Assembly (NCBI GenBank): GCA_963819215.1
Contig: CAWFVK010000001.1
Span: forward strand, 114,671-178,670
Reading direction: 5' to 3'
DNA: 64,000 nucleotides
Source: an uncultured Actinomycetota bacterium
Lineage (GTDB): Bacteria > Actinomycetota > Actinomycetes > Prado026
How positions within the stretch are numbered: position 1 is the first letter of the stretch; each line of letters begins with the position of its first letter. Below are positions 31,965 to 41,683 of this stretch, piece by piece. Made by a program: the position numbers and the translations under genes. Below the pieces are notes generated by a model. It searched no databases and was not told the origin of the DNA. It was given only the letters and a program-made list of their open reading frames with translations.

Positions 31965-32948
31965 ATGCGCGCCGTCGTCATCTCCAAGCCTGGCAAGCCC
32001 GAGGTCCTCGTCTGGTCGGAGGTCCCGGACCTCCCGCCGCCCGGCCCGGGCGATGTCCTCATCAAGGTCGCGGCCAGTGCGGTGAACCGGGCCGACATCA
32101 GCCAGCGCCAGGGGTTCTACCCACCCCCGGCGGGCGCGTCGGAGTATCCCGGCCTCGAGTGCTCCGGCGTCGTCGCGGCGCTCGGCGATGGCGTCGAGGG
32201 CTTTGCCGTCGGCGACGCGGTCTGCGCGCTGCTGACCGGCGGCGGGTACGCGGAGCAGGTGCTGGTCCCGGCCGGCCAGGTGCTGCCGGTGCCCTCCGGC
32301 GTGGACGTCGAAGCCGCCGCCGCGCTGCCCGAGGTCGCCTGCACGGTGTGGTCCAACATCTTCATGCTGGCCGGCCTTGCGCCGGGCGAGACGCTGCTCG
32401 TGCACGGCGGCAGCTCGGGCATCGGGACGATGGCCATCCAGCTCGGCAAGGCGATCGGGGCGCGGGTCGTGGTCACCGCGGGCTCGGCGGCCAAGCTCGC
32501 TGCCTGCGCCGAGCTCGGCGCCGACGTCGGCATCAACTACCGCGAGCAGGACTTCGTGCGCGAGCTCGCCACGGCGACCGACGGGCACGGCGCCGACGTC
32601 ATCCTCGACCTCATCGGCGCGAAGTACCTCAGCCGCAACGTCGAGGCGCTCGCGACCGAGGGCAGGCTCGTGGTCATCGGCATGCAGGGCGGACGCAAGG
32701 CTGAGCTCGACCTCGGGATGCTGATGGTCAAGCGCGCCGCCCTGCTGTCGACGACGCTGCGCGCCCGTCCCGCGGGCGAGAAGGCGACGATCGTCGCCGC
32801 CGTGGGCGCGCACGTGTGGCCGCTGGTCGAGGCTGGGGCGGTGCGGCCGGTGATCGACCGGGCGTTGCCGATGAGCCAGGCAGCGCAGGCGCACCGGCTC
32901 GTCGAGTCCAGCGACCACATCGGCAAGGTGCTGCTCACCACGTCGTAG
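31965..32948 (+). CDS. NAD(P)H-quinone oxidoreductase, PIG3 family
   Basis: VNRADISQRQGFYPPP, PEVACTVWSN, HGGSSGIG, HIGKVLL. Confidence 0.92.
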   Translation: MRAVVISKPGKPEVLVWSEVPDLPPPGPGDVLIKVAASAVNRADISQRQGFYPPPAGASEYPGLECSGVVAALGDGVEGFAVGDAVCALLTGGGYAEQVLVPAGQVLPVPSGVDVEAAAALPEVACTVWSNIFMLAGLAPGETLLVHGGSSGIGTMAIQLGKAIGARVVVTAGSAAKLAACAELGADVGINYREQDFVRELATATDGHGADVILDLIGAKYLSRNVEALATEGRLVVIGMQGGRKAELDLGMLMVKRAALLSTTLRARPAGEKATIVAAVGAHVWPLVEAGAVRPVIDRALPMSQAAQAHRLVESSDHIGKVLLTTS

Positions 32949-33005
32949 CGTCGCGGCGCCTAGCTCTCGTCGCGGCGCCTAGCGTTCGTCGCGGCGCCTA
33001 GCGTT
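32949..33005. repeat. 3 x 19-bp tandem repeat between convergent genes
   Basis: cgtcgcggcgcctagc(tct/gtt) at 32949, 32968 and 32987. Confidence 0.85.
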
Positions 33006-33969
33006 GGCGCGGCCCGGCCCGGCCGCGCCACACGAGCCGGATCTCCTCGACCGACATGCCCACGGCCTCGTACAGCTTGGTCGCGCCGGTGGCGCTCTCC
33101 GCGTCCACGCTGAGCCGCACGATGGCCCGCCCGCGTGCGGCGAACTCGGCGAACGCGTGGCGGAGCAACGTCTTGGCCACCCGGCGGCGACGGAAGGTGT
33201 CGAGCACCCCGAGCGTGCCGATGTAGCCGGCACCGGCAGCCGCCTGGTGGTCGTCCGCCATCAGCACCCCGGCCGGCTCACCGTCGACCGTCGCGATCCA
33301 CCACAGCGTCGGGTCGTAGCCGGCGCTGGCCCGCAGGCGTTCCAGCCACTCGTCGTACGGCCGGGCCTGGAAGTGCCAGTGGCCGGCGAAGGACTCGGTC
33401 ACCAGGGCGTGCAGCAGGCGCAGGTCCGCATCCTCCTCGCTGGCGACGCGAACGGTCACGCCGGGCGCAGGCTCGTACCGCGGCTCCAGCGAGCGGCTCC
33501 AGCCGTCGAGGTCGACCCGCATCCGCCAGAACTCGCGGCTCAGCTTGAGGCCGGCGCTGCGGTACGCCTCGACCAGGTCGACGTCCGTGGCGAAGCAGCC
33601 AGCGATGAGGTCGAGCCCGCTTCCACGTTCCGCCGCGACCCGGTCGGCGTGGCTCATCCCCTCGGCCAGCAGCCACCGCAGGACTGCCGGATCGAGCGCG
33701 TACGGATCGAGGGCCAGCTCGGCGCCGTCAGGTTCCGCGTCGTCAAGCTCCGACCAGAGCCAGCCGACGATCGTCGCACCGTCGAGCACGACCCAGGCTG
33801 CGCCGTCGAGGTCGTAGTGCGGGCTCGCGAGATCCGCCTGCACCTCCTCGAAGGAGTCGTCGCTCCGGCCCCGGGTGGCGAGGTCCACGGCGTCCACCAG
33901 GTCAGCGAGCGCCCGCGCGTCGCCCAGGGTGGGCCGCCGCGCCTGCAGAGAACCAGGAAGCGGGCGCAT
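32998..33969 (-). CDS. Tandem-domain GNAT acetyltransferase
   Basis: ESFAGHW, YIGTLGV..FRRRRVAKTLL, LSVDAESATGATKLYEAVGM. Confidence 0.85.
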   Translation of the reverse strand: MRPLPGSLQARRPTLGDARALADLVDAVDLATRGRSDDSFEEVQADLASPHYDLDGAAWVVLDGATIVGWLWSELDDAEPDGAELALDPYALDPAVLRWLLAEGMSHADRVAAERGSGLDLIAGCFATDVDLVEAYRSAGLKLSREFWRMRVDLDGWSRSLEPRYEPAPGVTVRVASEEDADLRLLHALVTESFAGHWHFQARPYDEWLERLRASAGYDPTLWWIATVDGEPAGVLMADDHQAAAGAGYIGTLGVLDTFRRRRVAKTLLRHAFAEFAARGRAIVRLSVDAESATGATKLYEAVGMSVEEIRLVWRGRAGPRQR

Positions 33970-34088
33970 GTCAGCAGACTGCTGTCGGGTCGCGCATGGC
34001 ACAAGCGGTTTTGTGCCTGTCTGGCGGGCTTGCCGCCCCTGGGCCAGGCCGGGGTGACGCGCTCGTGCCCATCGGGTTGGATGAAGCC

Positions 34089-34646
34089 ATGACCGAACCC
34101 ATCAGCACGAACGAACCGCAGGTCGTCATCATCGGGCCCGACGGCTCGCCGGTTCCCGTCGAGGCGCAGGCCGTGCAGGGTGAGGAGGTTGCCGAGCGTT
34201 CGGTCGTCGAGCTCGTGGAGCAGCCCGCCAAGGTCATGCGGATCGGCAGCATGATCAAGCAGCTGCTCGACGAGGTGAGGGCGGCGCCGCTGGACGAGGC
34301 CGGGCGGCTGCGGCTGCGCGAGATCCACCGGCGTTCCATCGCCGAGCTGGAGGACGGCCTCGCGCCCGAGCTCGTCGACGAGCTGGAGCGGATCAGCCTG
34401 CCGTTCAGCGAGGACACCGTGCCGAGCGAGGCGGAGCTGCGGATCGCCCAGGCGCAGCTCGTCGGCTGGCTCGAGGGGCTGTTCCACGGGATCCAGACGG
34501 CGCTGTTCGCCCAGCAGATGCAGGCGCAGGCGCAGTTCGAGGAGATCCGCCGGCGGGCGCTGCCGCCAGGAGCAAGCCCGGACGGGCGTGGCCAGCCTGC
34601 GCACGCGGAGGAGCAGCAGGGTCGCGGCGGCGGGCTCTACCTCTGA
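34089..34646 (+). CDS. bpa: Bacterial proteasome activator (Bpa/PafE)
   Basis: VEQPAKVMRIGSMIKQLLDEV, ELRIAQAQLVGWLEGLFHGIQ, C-terminal GLYL HbYX motif. Confidence 0.93.
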   Translation: MTEPISTNEPQVVIIGPDGSPVPVEAQAVQGEEVAERSVVELVEQPAKVMRIGSMIKQLLDEVRAAPLDEAGRLRLREIHRRSIAELEDGLAPELVDELERISLPFSEDTVPSEAELRIAQAQLVGWLEGLFHGIQTALFAQQMQAQAQFEEIRRRALPPGASPDGRGQPAHAEEQQGRGGGLYL

Positions 34647-34647
34647 C

Positions 34648-35166
34648 TCAGCGCGCGCGTGGTGCCAGCTCCTGCGCGGCGGCGATGCGGCGCGCGAGGT
34701 ACGGCGAGAACCACCCTGCGTACTTGGCCTGCAGCTCAGGCAGCATCCAGTCGCGGCCGGTGACGGTGCCTCGGCAGGTGGCGGACTCGCACGCGCAGGT
34801 GAACTCGTCGTAGTCGCTGGAGTCGCAGGTCGCGTAGTCGAAGGTGAGCTCCTCGCCGGGAGCCACCTCGCCGAGCGTCACGAGCACGGTCGCACCCACG
34901 AGCCCGAGGTTCGGCTCGCACGAGTGGTTCAGCATGTCGCCCGCCTCGGGCTGCTCGCCGCTGACGAGGTAGAGGTCGTCGTCGATCTGGATCGATCGCC
35001 CCTGGCGTTCCTCGGGCAGCGTCGCGAGCACGGCGCCGGTGGTCACGTGACCACCGAAGGCCGCGACCGTGGTGCCGGCGGGGATGGCCTCGACAGCGAA
35101 GCTGCCCCAGCCCTTGGTCCCGGCAGGGCGGGCCTCGGCCATGGGACCGAGCCAGTTCAGATCCAT
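34648..35166 (-). CDS. SET domain protein-lysine methyltransferase-like protein
   Basis: KGWGSFA, LNHSCEPN, GEELTFDY, post-SET CACESATC. Confidence 0.9.
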   Translation of the reverse strand: MDLNWLGPMAEARPAGTKGWGSFAVEAIPAGTTVAAFGGHVTTGAVLATLPEERQGRSIQIDDDLYLVSGEQPEAGDMLNHSCEPNLGLVGATVLVTLGEVAPGEELTFDYATCDSSDYDEFTCACESATCRGTVTGRDWMLPELQAKYAGWFSPYLARRIAAAQELAPRAR

Positions 35167-35990
35167 CAGAGCAGTGTTCCAGAGCCGGACCCGGCCACTG
35201 CGCTCAGCACCTGCTCGATGACCTCGGCCACGCCGTCGTCCGCCACCGAGCCCGCGTGCAGCGGCACGGCGGCGAGCACGTCAGGGTGGGCGTTCCCCAT
35301 GGCATAGCCGGAGCCTGCCCACTGCAGCATGCCAACGTCGTTCGGCTGGTCGCCGAACGCGAGCACCTCGGTCGCCGTGATGCCGTGCTCAGCCGCGACC
35401 CGCGCGAGCGTCGAGGCCTTGGTCACGCCGAGCGCGGAGATCTCGAGCAGGCAGTCCGCGGCGTTCGAGTGCGTGACCTCGACCAGGCCCGCGAGCGCCG
35501 GGCGCGCGAGCTCAAGCATCCGGTCGCCCGTGCTGGACTCGTCGCGCACCAGCATCTTGAACACCGGCCTGCGGTAGAGCTCGGACAGGGGGGCGGGCGC
35601 TTCGGCGTCCAGCGCCCAGCGCGGGACGAACGCCGGCTCGTGCGCCAGCCCGGTCGAGCGCTCGACGCCGAAGAACGCGTTCGGCATGAGGTTCCGCAGC
35701 CGCGCCGCGGCTTCCAGCCCTGCGCCCACCGGGATCGGGAACGACTCGAGCTCGGACTCGGAGTGCAGGTCGTAGACGAGGGCGCCGTTCGCGCAGATCG
35801 CCACCCCGCGGTGCCCGGTCGCCTCGACGATGGGGTGCATCCACCGCGCAGGCCGCCCCGTGACGAGCACGAGCAGCAAGCCGGCGTCCTCGACCGCGGC
35901 GAGCGCGCGGACGGTCCGCGGGGACATCGTGCCGTCGGAGCGAACGATCGTCCCGTCGATGTCGGTGGCGACGAGCCGGATCGGAACCAT
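35166..35990 (-). CDS. Cof-type HAD-IIB hydrolase
   Basis: ATDIDGT, VTGR, LEISALGVTK, FGDQPND, MGNA. Confidence 0.92.
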   Translation of the reverse strand: MVPIRLVATDIDGTIVRSDGTMSPRTVRALAAVEDAGLLLVLVTGRPARWMHPIVEATGHRGVAICANGALVYDLHSESELESFPIPVGAGLEAAARLRNLMPNAFFGVERSTGLAHEPAFVPRWALDAEAPAPLSELYRRPVFKMLVRDESSTGDRMLELARPALAGLVEVTHSNAADCLLEISALGVTKASTLARVAAEHGITATEVLAFGDQPNDVGMLQWAGSGYAMGNAHPDVLAAVPLHAGSVADDGVAEVIEQVLSAVAGSGSGTLL

Positions 35991-36074
35991 TGGGTAGACG
36001 CTACGCGACGCCGGCAGCAGCCGACTGCGGCGGTCGCCTGACAAGCGGCACCCTCCGCCACTAGCGTTCGACCC

Positions 36075-37445
36075 ATGGCAGACGCGACGGTGAACCAGCA
36101 CAAGATCATGCTCGACGAGTCCGAGATGCCCACGCAGTGGTACAACCTCATCCCGGACCTGCCGAGCCCACCGCCGCCGCCGCTGCACCCCGGCACGCTG
36201 CAGCCGGTCGGACCGGACGACCTCGCGCCGCTGTTCCCGATGGACCTCATCCTGCAAGAGGTGACGACCGACCGGTACGTCGACATCCCCGGCGAGGTGC
36301 TCGACGTCTACCGCCAGTGGCGGCCGTCGCCGCTGTTCCGCGCGCACCGGCTCGAGAAGGCGCTCGGCACCCCGGCCCGCATCTACTACAAGTACGAGGG
36401 CGTCTCCCCGGCCGGCTCGCACAAGCCGAACACCGCCGTCCCGCAGGCGTTCTACAACGCCAAGGCCGGCGTCAGGAAGCTCACCACCGAGACCGGCGCG
36501 GGCCAGTGGGGCACGGCGCTCGCCTTCGCCTGCGCGCTGTTCGACCTGGAGTGCGAGGTGTGGCAGGTCGGGGCGTCGTACGACCAGAAGCCGTACCGCC
36601 GCCTGATGATCGAGACCTTCGGCGGCACCGTGCACCGCTCGCCGTCGGCGCTCACCGCCGCCGGGCGCGCGCAGCTCGAGCTCAACCCCGACCACACCGG
36701 CTCGCTCGGCATCGCCATCTCCGAGGCGGTCGAGGTCGCGGCGCAGTCCGAGGACACCAAGTACGCCCTCGGCTCGGTGCTCAACCACGTGCTGCTCCAC
36801 CAGACGATCATCGGCGAGGAGGCCCTGCTGCAGCTCGCGAAGGTCGGGGAGACGCCGGACCTGCTCGTCGGCTGCACCGGCGGTGGCTCCAACTTCGCCG
36901 GGCTGTCGTTCCCGTTCCTGCGGGAGAAGCTCGCCGGGAACATGAGCCCGGTGATCCGGGCGGTCGAGCCCGCCTCGTGCCCGTCGCTGACCCAGGGCGT
37001 CTACGCGTACGACTTCGGCGACACCGCCGGCATGACGCCGCTGATGAAGATGCACACGCTCGGCCACGACTTCATCCCGGACCCGATCCACGCGGGCGGC
37101 CTGCGGTACCACGGCATGGCGCCGCTGATCTCGCACGTGTACGAGCTCGGGCTCATGGAGGCGGTAGCGATCGGGCAGTCCGAGTGCTTCGCCGCGGGCG
37201 TGCAGTTCGCGCGGACGGAGGGCATCGTCCCGGCGCCGGAGCCGACGCACGCGCTGGCTGCCTGCATCCGCGAGGCGTTGGCCTGCAAGGAGTCGGGCGA
37301 GGAGAAGGTCATCCTCACGGCGCTCTGCGGCCACGGGCACTTCGACCTCGCGTCGTACGAGGCCTACCTCGACGGCCGGATGACCGACGAGCCCATCACC
37401 GAGGAGCGCTTCGCGGCCGGCCTGGCGACCATCCCGACCGTCTGA
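36075..37445 (+). CDS. trpB2: TrpB2-type tryptophan synthase beta (stand-alone)
   Basis: [49 protein letters not shown]. Confidence 0.92.
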   Translation: MADATVNQHKIMLDESEMPTQWYNLIPDLPSPPPPPLHPGTLQPVGPDDLAPLFPMDLILQEVTTDRYVDIPGEVLDVYRQWRPSPLFRAHRLEKALGTPARIYYKYEGVSPAGSHKPNTAVPQAFYNAKAGVRKLTTETGAGQWGTALAFACALFDLECEVWQVGASYDQKPYRRLMIETFGGTVHRSPSALTAAGRAQLELNPDHTGSLGIAISEAVEVAAQSEDTKYALGSVLNHVLLHQTIIGEEALLQLAKVGETPDLLVGCTGGGSNFAGLSFPFLREKLAGNMSPVIRAVEPASCPSLTQGVYAYDFGDTAGMTPLMKMHTLGHDFIPDPIHAGGLRYHGMAPLISHVYELGLMEAVAIGQSECFAAGVQFARTEGIVPAPEPTHALAACIREALACKESGEEKVILTALCGHGHFDLASYEAYLDGRMTDEPITEERFAAGLATIPTV

Positions 37446-37449
37446 GCGG

Positions 37450-37645
37450 CTAGCCCTCGCTCGGCTGCCGCGCGTCGAGCAGCGAGTTCAGCAGGTCCTC
37501 GGTCGGGTCGAAGTTCGCCGGCGGCCTGTCGAACCTGGCCATGCGCGCGCCCGGCCGCGTCCCGGAACGCCAGGCGCCGGCTCAGCGTCGTGACGCCGTC
37601 GGTCGACCGCCGTCGGTCACGAAGACGTAGTGGTAGTCGCCTTGA
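37450..37645 (-). pseudogene. Probable 3' gene remnant of unknown function
   Basis: Codon-biased fragments GDYHYVFVTDG..TDGVTTLSRRLAFRD..MARFDRPPANFDPTEDLLNSLLDARQPSEG* with no 5' part before the MerR promoter. Confidence 0.4.
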
Positions 37646-37663
37646 CCTCAGATCTCGAAGAGC

Positions 37664-37694
37664 TTGACCCTCCCGTAAGGGAAGGCAGCACCGT
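37664..37694 (+). promoter_or_regulatory. MerR-type promoter with 19-bp spacer and dyad
   Basis: TTGACC (37664-37669), 19 nt, CACCGT (37689-37694); imperfect dyad CCCTCCC-gtaa-GGGAAGG. Confidence 0.72.
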
Positions 37695-37731
37695 GGAGCA
37701 GGTCAGCGACCATCGACGAAAGGTTGGCCCC

Positions 37732-38091
37732 ATGCCTGCTCAGCTGGCCCTCGACCCCACGATCGCCGCCCATGTGGCGGCCGTGAACAGCTTCGACGTC
37801 GACGCCATCATGGCGACGTTCGCCGAGGACGCCCTGGTCAACGACGCCGCCCGCGAGCTCTGGGGGCTCGACGCCATCCGAGCCTGGGTCACGACGGAGA
37901 TGGTGGGCGACCACGTCACCCTCGAGCCGGTCGAGGTTGTCGACAACGACGGTCTGGTCGCAGTGCGTTGCCGGTTCGACGGTGACTACGACAAGACTGG
38001 CCTGCCGGACCCGCTGATCATGACGAACTACTTCCGTCTCCGGGACCGCAAGATCGTGACCCTGTTCATCATCAAGAACCGCGACCAGTAG
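37732..38091 (+). CDS. NTF2/SnoaL-like protein
   Basis: AVNSFDVDAIMATFAEDALVND...FRLRDRKIVTL; AAAGG RBS. Confidence 0.85.
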   Translation: MPAQLALDPTIAAHVAAVNSFDVDAIMATFAEDALVNDAARELWGLDAIRAWVTTEMVGDHVTLEPVEVVDNDGLVAVRCRFDGDYDKTGLPDPLIMTNYFRLRDRKIVTLFIIKNRDQ

Positions 38092-38123
38092 GCCGCAGCC
38101 AGGCCGAGAGGAGAGCCACGGCG

Positions 38124-38945
38124 ATGACCACCACCGTGCCGGTCGGACAGTTCTCGACCCTGACCCAGCTGAGCGTGAAGACGTTGCGGCACTACCACGA
38201 GGTCGACCTGCTAGCGCCGGCCCGGGTGGACCCTCAGACGGGGTACCGCTACTACTCCCTCGACCAGCTACCCACCGCTCAGCTCATCCGTCGGCTCCGC
38301 GATCTCAAGATGCCCATTCCTGAGGTGCGCTCCGTGCTCGTCGCCACGGACCCCGCCGAGCGCAACAGGCTGATCAGCGCCCACCTGGACCGGCTCGAGA
38401 CCGAGCTCGCCGACACCCGTGCCGCCGTCACCTCCCTGCGCACCTTGCTCGACACGGCTCGAGCCAGAGCCCCGATCAGCCGACGACACGTGTCGGCGCT
38501 GAACGCCCTGGCGATCACCGACACGGTCGAGCCGGGGGGCCTCGGCCCGTGGTGGGAGGGCGCGCTGCACGAGCTGCGCGCCTTCGCGCGCGACGAGGGC
38601 GTGATCCCTGCCGGGCCGGCCGGCGGGATCTTCGCCGAGGAGGTCTACCAGCAGGAGCCGGCTCAGGCGCTGGTCTACCTCCCTGTCGCAGCCGGGTTCC
38701 CGGGGACATTCAGCAGCGGGCGGATTCGCAGCCTGAAGATTCCGGCGGCTGAGCTGGCGATCACGACACACTTCGGACCAGCCGCGGACATCGACCTCGC
38801 CTACGCCGATCTCGGCAGCTACCTCGCCGAGAACCAGCTCCAGATCGGCAACCAGATCCGCGAGCACTACGTGATCGACCACTCCGAGACGGCGGAGGCA
38901 GCGCGCTGGCAGACGGAGATCGGGTGGCCGATCGTCGGCGGTTGA
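38124..38945 (+). CDS. MerR family regulator with GyrI-like effector domain
   Basis: VGQFSTLTQLSVKTLRHYHEVDLL.PARVDPQTGYRYY; C-terminal HFGP..REHY..TEIGWP. Confidence 0.92.
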   Translation: MTTTVPVGQFSTLTQLSVKTLRHYHEVDLLAPARVDPQTGYRYYSLDQLPTAQLIRRLRDLKMPIPEVRSVLVATDPAERNRLISAHLDRLETELADTRAAVTSLRTLLDTARARAPISRRHVSALNALAITDTVEPGGLGPWWEGALHELRAFARDEGVIPAGPAGGIFAEEVYQQEPAQALVYLPVAAGFPGTFSSGRIRSLKIPAAELAITTHFGPAADIDLAYADLGSYLAENQLQIGNQIREHYVIDHSETAEAARWQTEIGWPIVGG

Positions 38946-39025
38946 CCCGACACCGCATGTATTTCTCAAGCGATCGAATCCTCGTCCTAGGCAACGAGAT
39001 CACGCCATCGCTCAGAGGAGATCCC

Positions 39026-39463
39026 ATGCCCAGCTTCGACGTTCCCGCGCATCTCACCTTCGAGATGACCCAGGTCGCGCGCTACCACGCTTTCGAGGAG
39101 ACCGCGCAAGGCATCTCGGTCCCCAACCCGGGCAGCGGCGAGGACGACTGCCACTTCGAGTTCCCGCTCCCAGGCGCGGTCGGATTCCCAGCGGTTCTGT
39201 TCTACCGGACGCGTCGCTTCGGGACGCCGGAGTTCACCGTCAGGATCAACTCCGCGCACGTCACCATCTACACCTTCACCGACGATGACGTGGACGAGCG
39301 GACCTGGCACGAGATCATCCCGTCGAACCAGCTCCAAGCCGGCGGCAACGAGCTCGTGCTCGCGGTCAGCGGCGAGGGATCGGTCGTCTTCGGCGACGTC
39401 GTCCTGCTCTACACCTCGAACCAGACCACCGTCTCGATCCCGGTCGTCGCCACGGCTCAGTAG
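39026..39463 (+). CDS. Hypothetical beta-rich protein
   Basis: AGGAG RBS, strong GC3 codon bias, WHEII..LQAGGNEL segment. Confidence 0.7.
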   Translation: MPSFDVPAHLTFEMTQVARYHAFEETAQGISVPNPGSGEDDCHFEFPLPGAVGFPAVLFYRTRRFGTPEFTVRINSAHVTIYTFTDDDVDERTWHEIIPSNQLQAGGNELVLAVSGEGSVVFGDVVLLYTSNQTTVSIPVVATAQ

Positions 39464-39515
39464 CGGAGGCCGTCGCGGCTGGGTGCACGCCCGCGGGCGG
39501 CTCCGCCGAACAGGG

Positions 39516-39899
39516 TCACTCGGACCGGTGGATCTCGACCAGCCCCTCTAGACCGAGCAGATCGCTCGGGTTGCGGGTCCAGAGCGTCGCCTGGTGGGCG
39601 GCCGCGGTCGCGGCGATGAGCAGGTCGGCAGCGCGAGCCCCCGGGTGCCGACCTGCCGCCACCGCCGCGGCGGCCAGGCGCCCGTACTCCCGTGCTACCG
39701 ACCCGTCGACCGGCAACGCGTCGAACGTCTTCTCGACGATGCCGAGCCGCCGGAGCCGCTCTGCACGCACGGCAGGCTCGTCTGCCACCAGCACTCCGAA
39801 GTGGAGCTCAGCCAACGAGATCGCGCTGATGGCGACCTCGACGTCGCGCAAGCCGGGATCCGGACCGAGCAGCACGCTGGTGTCGAGGATGACCCTCAT
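39516..39899 (-). CDS. vapC: PIN-domain toxin (VapC)
   Basis: ILDTSVL, ISLAEL, DLLIAATA, TRNPSD. Confidence 0.92.
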   Translation of the reverse strand: MRVILDTSVLLGPDPGLRDVEVAISAISLAELHFGVLVADEPAVRAERLRRLGIVEKTFDALPVDGSVAREYGRLAAAAVAAGRHPGARAADLLIAATAAAHQATLWTRNPSDLLGLEGLVEIHRSE

Positions 39900-40141
39900 C
39901 GCGTGAACGGGTCGGCGAGGGTTCCGTCGATCGCATCGCGATCCCGCGCCCAGTCCTCATCGACTGCCCCGCGGAACAGCTCGGCGATGTCCGCAGCACG
40001 ACGCCAGCGGTTGCGGCGCACCGGACCCAGCTCAGCGACCTCACGGCCCGAGACGGTCACGGTGATGGTCTCGCCCGCCTCGGCTTGCCGCACCAATTCA
40101 CTCGCTTGCTGCCGCAGCTCTCGCAATCCGGTCGTCGTCAT
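39896..40141 (-). CDS. Phd/YefM family antitoxin
   Basis: GLRELRQQASELVRQAEAGETITVTVSGREVAEL; 4-nt overlap with the toxin. Confidence 0.92.
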   Translation of the reverse strand: MTTTGLRELRQQASELVRQAEAGETITVTVSGREVAELGPVRRNRWRRAADIAELFRGAVDEDWARDRDAIDGTLADPFTR

Positions 40142-40148
40142 GTGAGCC

Positions 40149-40166
40149 ACGCTAGCACATGTGCTA
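40149..40166 (-). promoter_or_regulatory. Toxin-antitoxin promoter: 14-bp palindrome overlapping the -10 box
   Basis: TAGCACATGTGCTA at 40153-40166; minus-strand TAGCGT at 40149-40154, 7 nt before the ATG. Confidence 0.72.
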
Positions 40167-40286
40167 CCCAAGAGAAAGAGCAGGCACCACCGCTCCAAGG
40201 CCCCGCCCCCCTCGCGTTGGAGCGGACTTGGAGCGGTCACGAAGACGATGAGCTCGTTGGTCGACCACTACCCGCGAGGAGGATCA

Positions 40287-41683
40287 ATGAACTCCCCGAC
40301 CGTCCAAGGACAACGCCCGCCGTTCGATGAGCTCGCCACCCGCCTTACTGGCAGCGTGGCGCGTCCCGGGGACCCCCACTACGACGAGGCAACGCCGTGG
40401 GACCGCGCCGTTGAGTCTCACCCGATCGCCGTGGTGTACGCGGAATCCGGAACCGACATGGCTGCCGCAGTGCAGTTCGCGAACGAGCACGGCCTCAAGG
40501 TCGCAGTGCGCAGCACCGGTCACGGCGCCGTACCCATCGGCAACGACGTCCTGCTCGTGCACACGCAGCGAATGACGGAGTGCACGGTCGATATCGAGGG
40601 CCGTCAGGCGCGTGTCGAAGCCGGGGTGCGGTGGCAGCAGGTTTTGGACGCCGCGTCCCCGGCCGGGCTGGCTCCGCTGTGCGGGTCGGCTCCCGGGGTC
40701 GGTGTCGTCGGCTTCCTCACCGGCGGCGGGGTCGGGCCGTTCGCCCGCACCTACGGTGTCTCGTCCGATTGCGTGCGCGCGTTCGACGTCGTGACCGGCG
40801 ACGGTCAGCTGCGGCAAGCGACCCCGACGGAGAACAGCGACCTCTTCTGGGGGCTGCGCGGCGGCAAGGCCACCCTCGGCATCGTCACGGCAGTCGCGCT
40901 CGACCTGCCCGAACTGAGCACCTTCTACGGGGGCGCGCTGTGGTTCGGCGCCGAGGACGCAGCCCGCGTCTTCACCGCTTGGCGGAAGCTGGTCACCAAC
41001 CTCCCCGAGCAGGGCACCACCTCGCTCGCCGTGATGAACCTTCCGCCGCTTCCGCAGCTGCCGAAAGCTATCGCCGGACACCAGACCATCGCGGTGCGGT
41101 TTGCCTGGACTGGGACCGCCAAGACGGGCAGCGAGCAGCTGGCCGAGCTTCGACGCATCGCCACGCCGTTGATCGACGATGTCGCCGAGCGGCCGTACGC
41201 GCAGATCGCCCGCATCCATAGCGACCCGGTCGACCCGATGCCGGTCAACTCCTCCTCAGCGCTGCTCGACGACCTCACTCAAGCCGGCATCGATTCGCTC
41301 GTCACAGCCGTCGACGGCAACAACCCCCACACCATCGTCGAGCTCCGCGCCCTCGGTGGCGCCGTTGCACGGGCCCCGCATCACCCGTCAGCCGTCTGCC
41401 ATCGGGACGCCGCGTACGGCCTGTTCATGTCGGCACCGCGTCGAGCCGACACCGTCGCTGCCGTTGCCGAGCACACCGATCGAGTGCTGGCCGCGCTCGC
41501 ACCGAGCGTGATGCCGGGACTGCTGCCCAACTTCGCCGCCAGCGACCAGCCCAGCACCATCGCCCGCTGCTACGACACCGAAACCATTCATCGACTATGC
41601 ACGCTCGCCGACCTGTACGACCCCGGTCACGTTCTTGCCACTGGCCAAGTCCTCCGCACCGCAACCACGAAAGGGAAATCTGA
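40287..41683 (+). CDS. FAD-binding oxidoreductase (VAO/BBE-like); stop probably lost to an indel
   Basis: AVRSTGHG, GVVGFLTGGG, DLFWGLRGG..GIVT, YDP near the C-terminus; GGAGG RBS. Confidence 0.85.

Noticed and set aside
32949-33005. Mini CRISPR array
   Set aside because: The repeats are contiguous with no unique spacers, and there are no cas genes.
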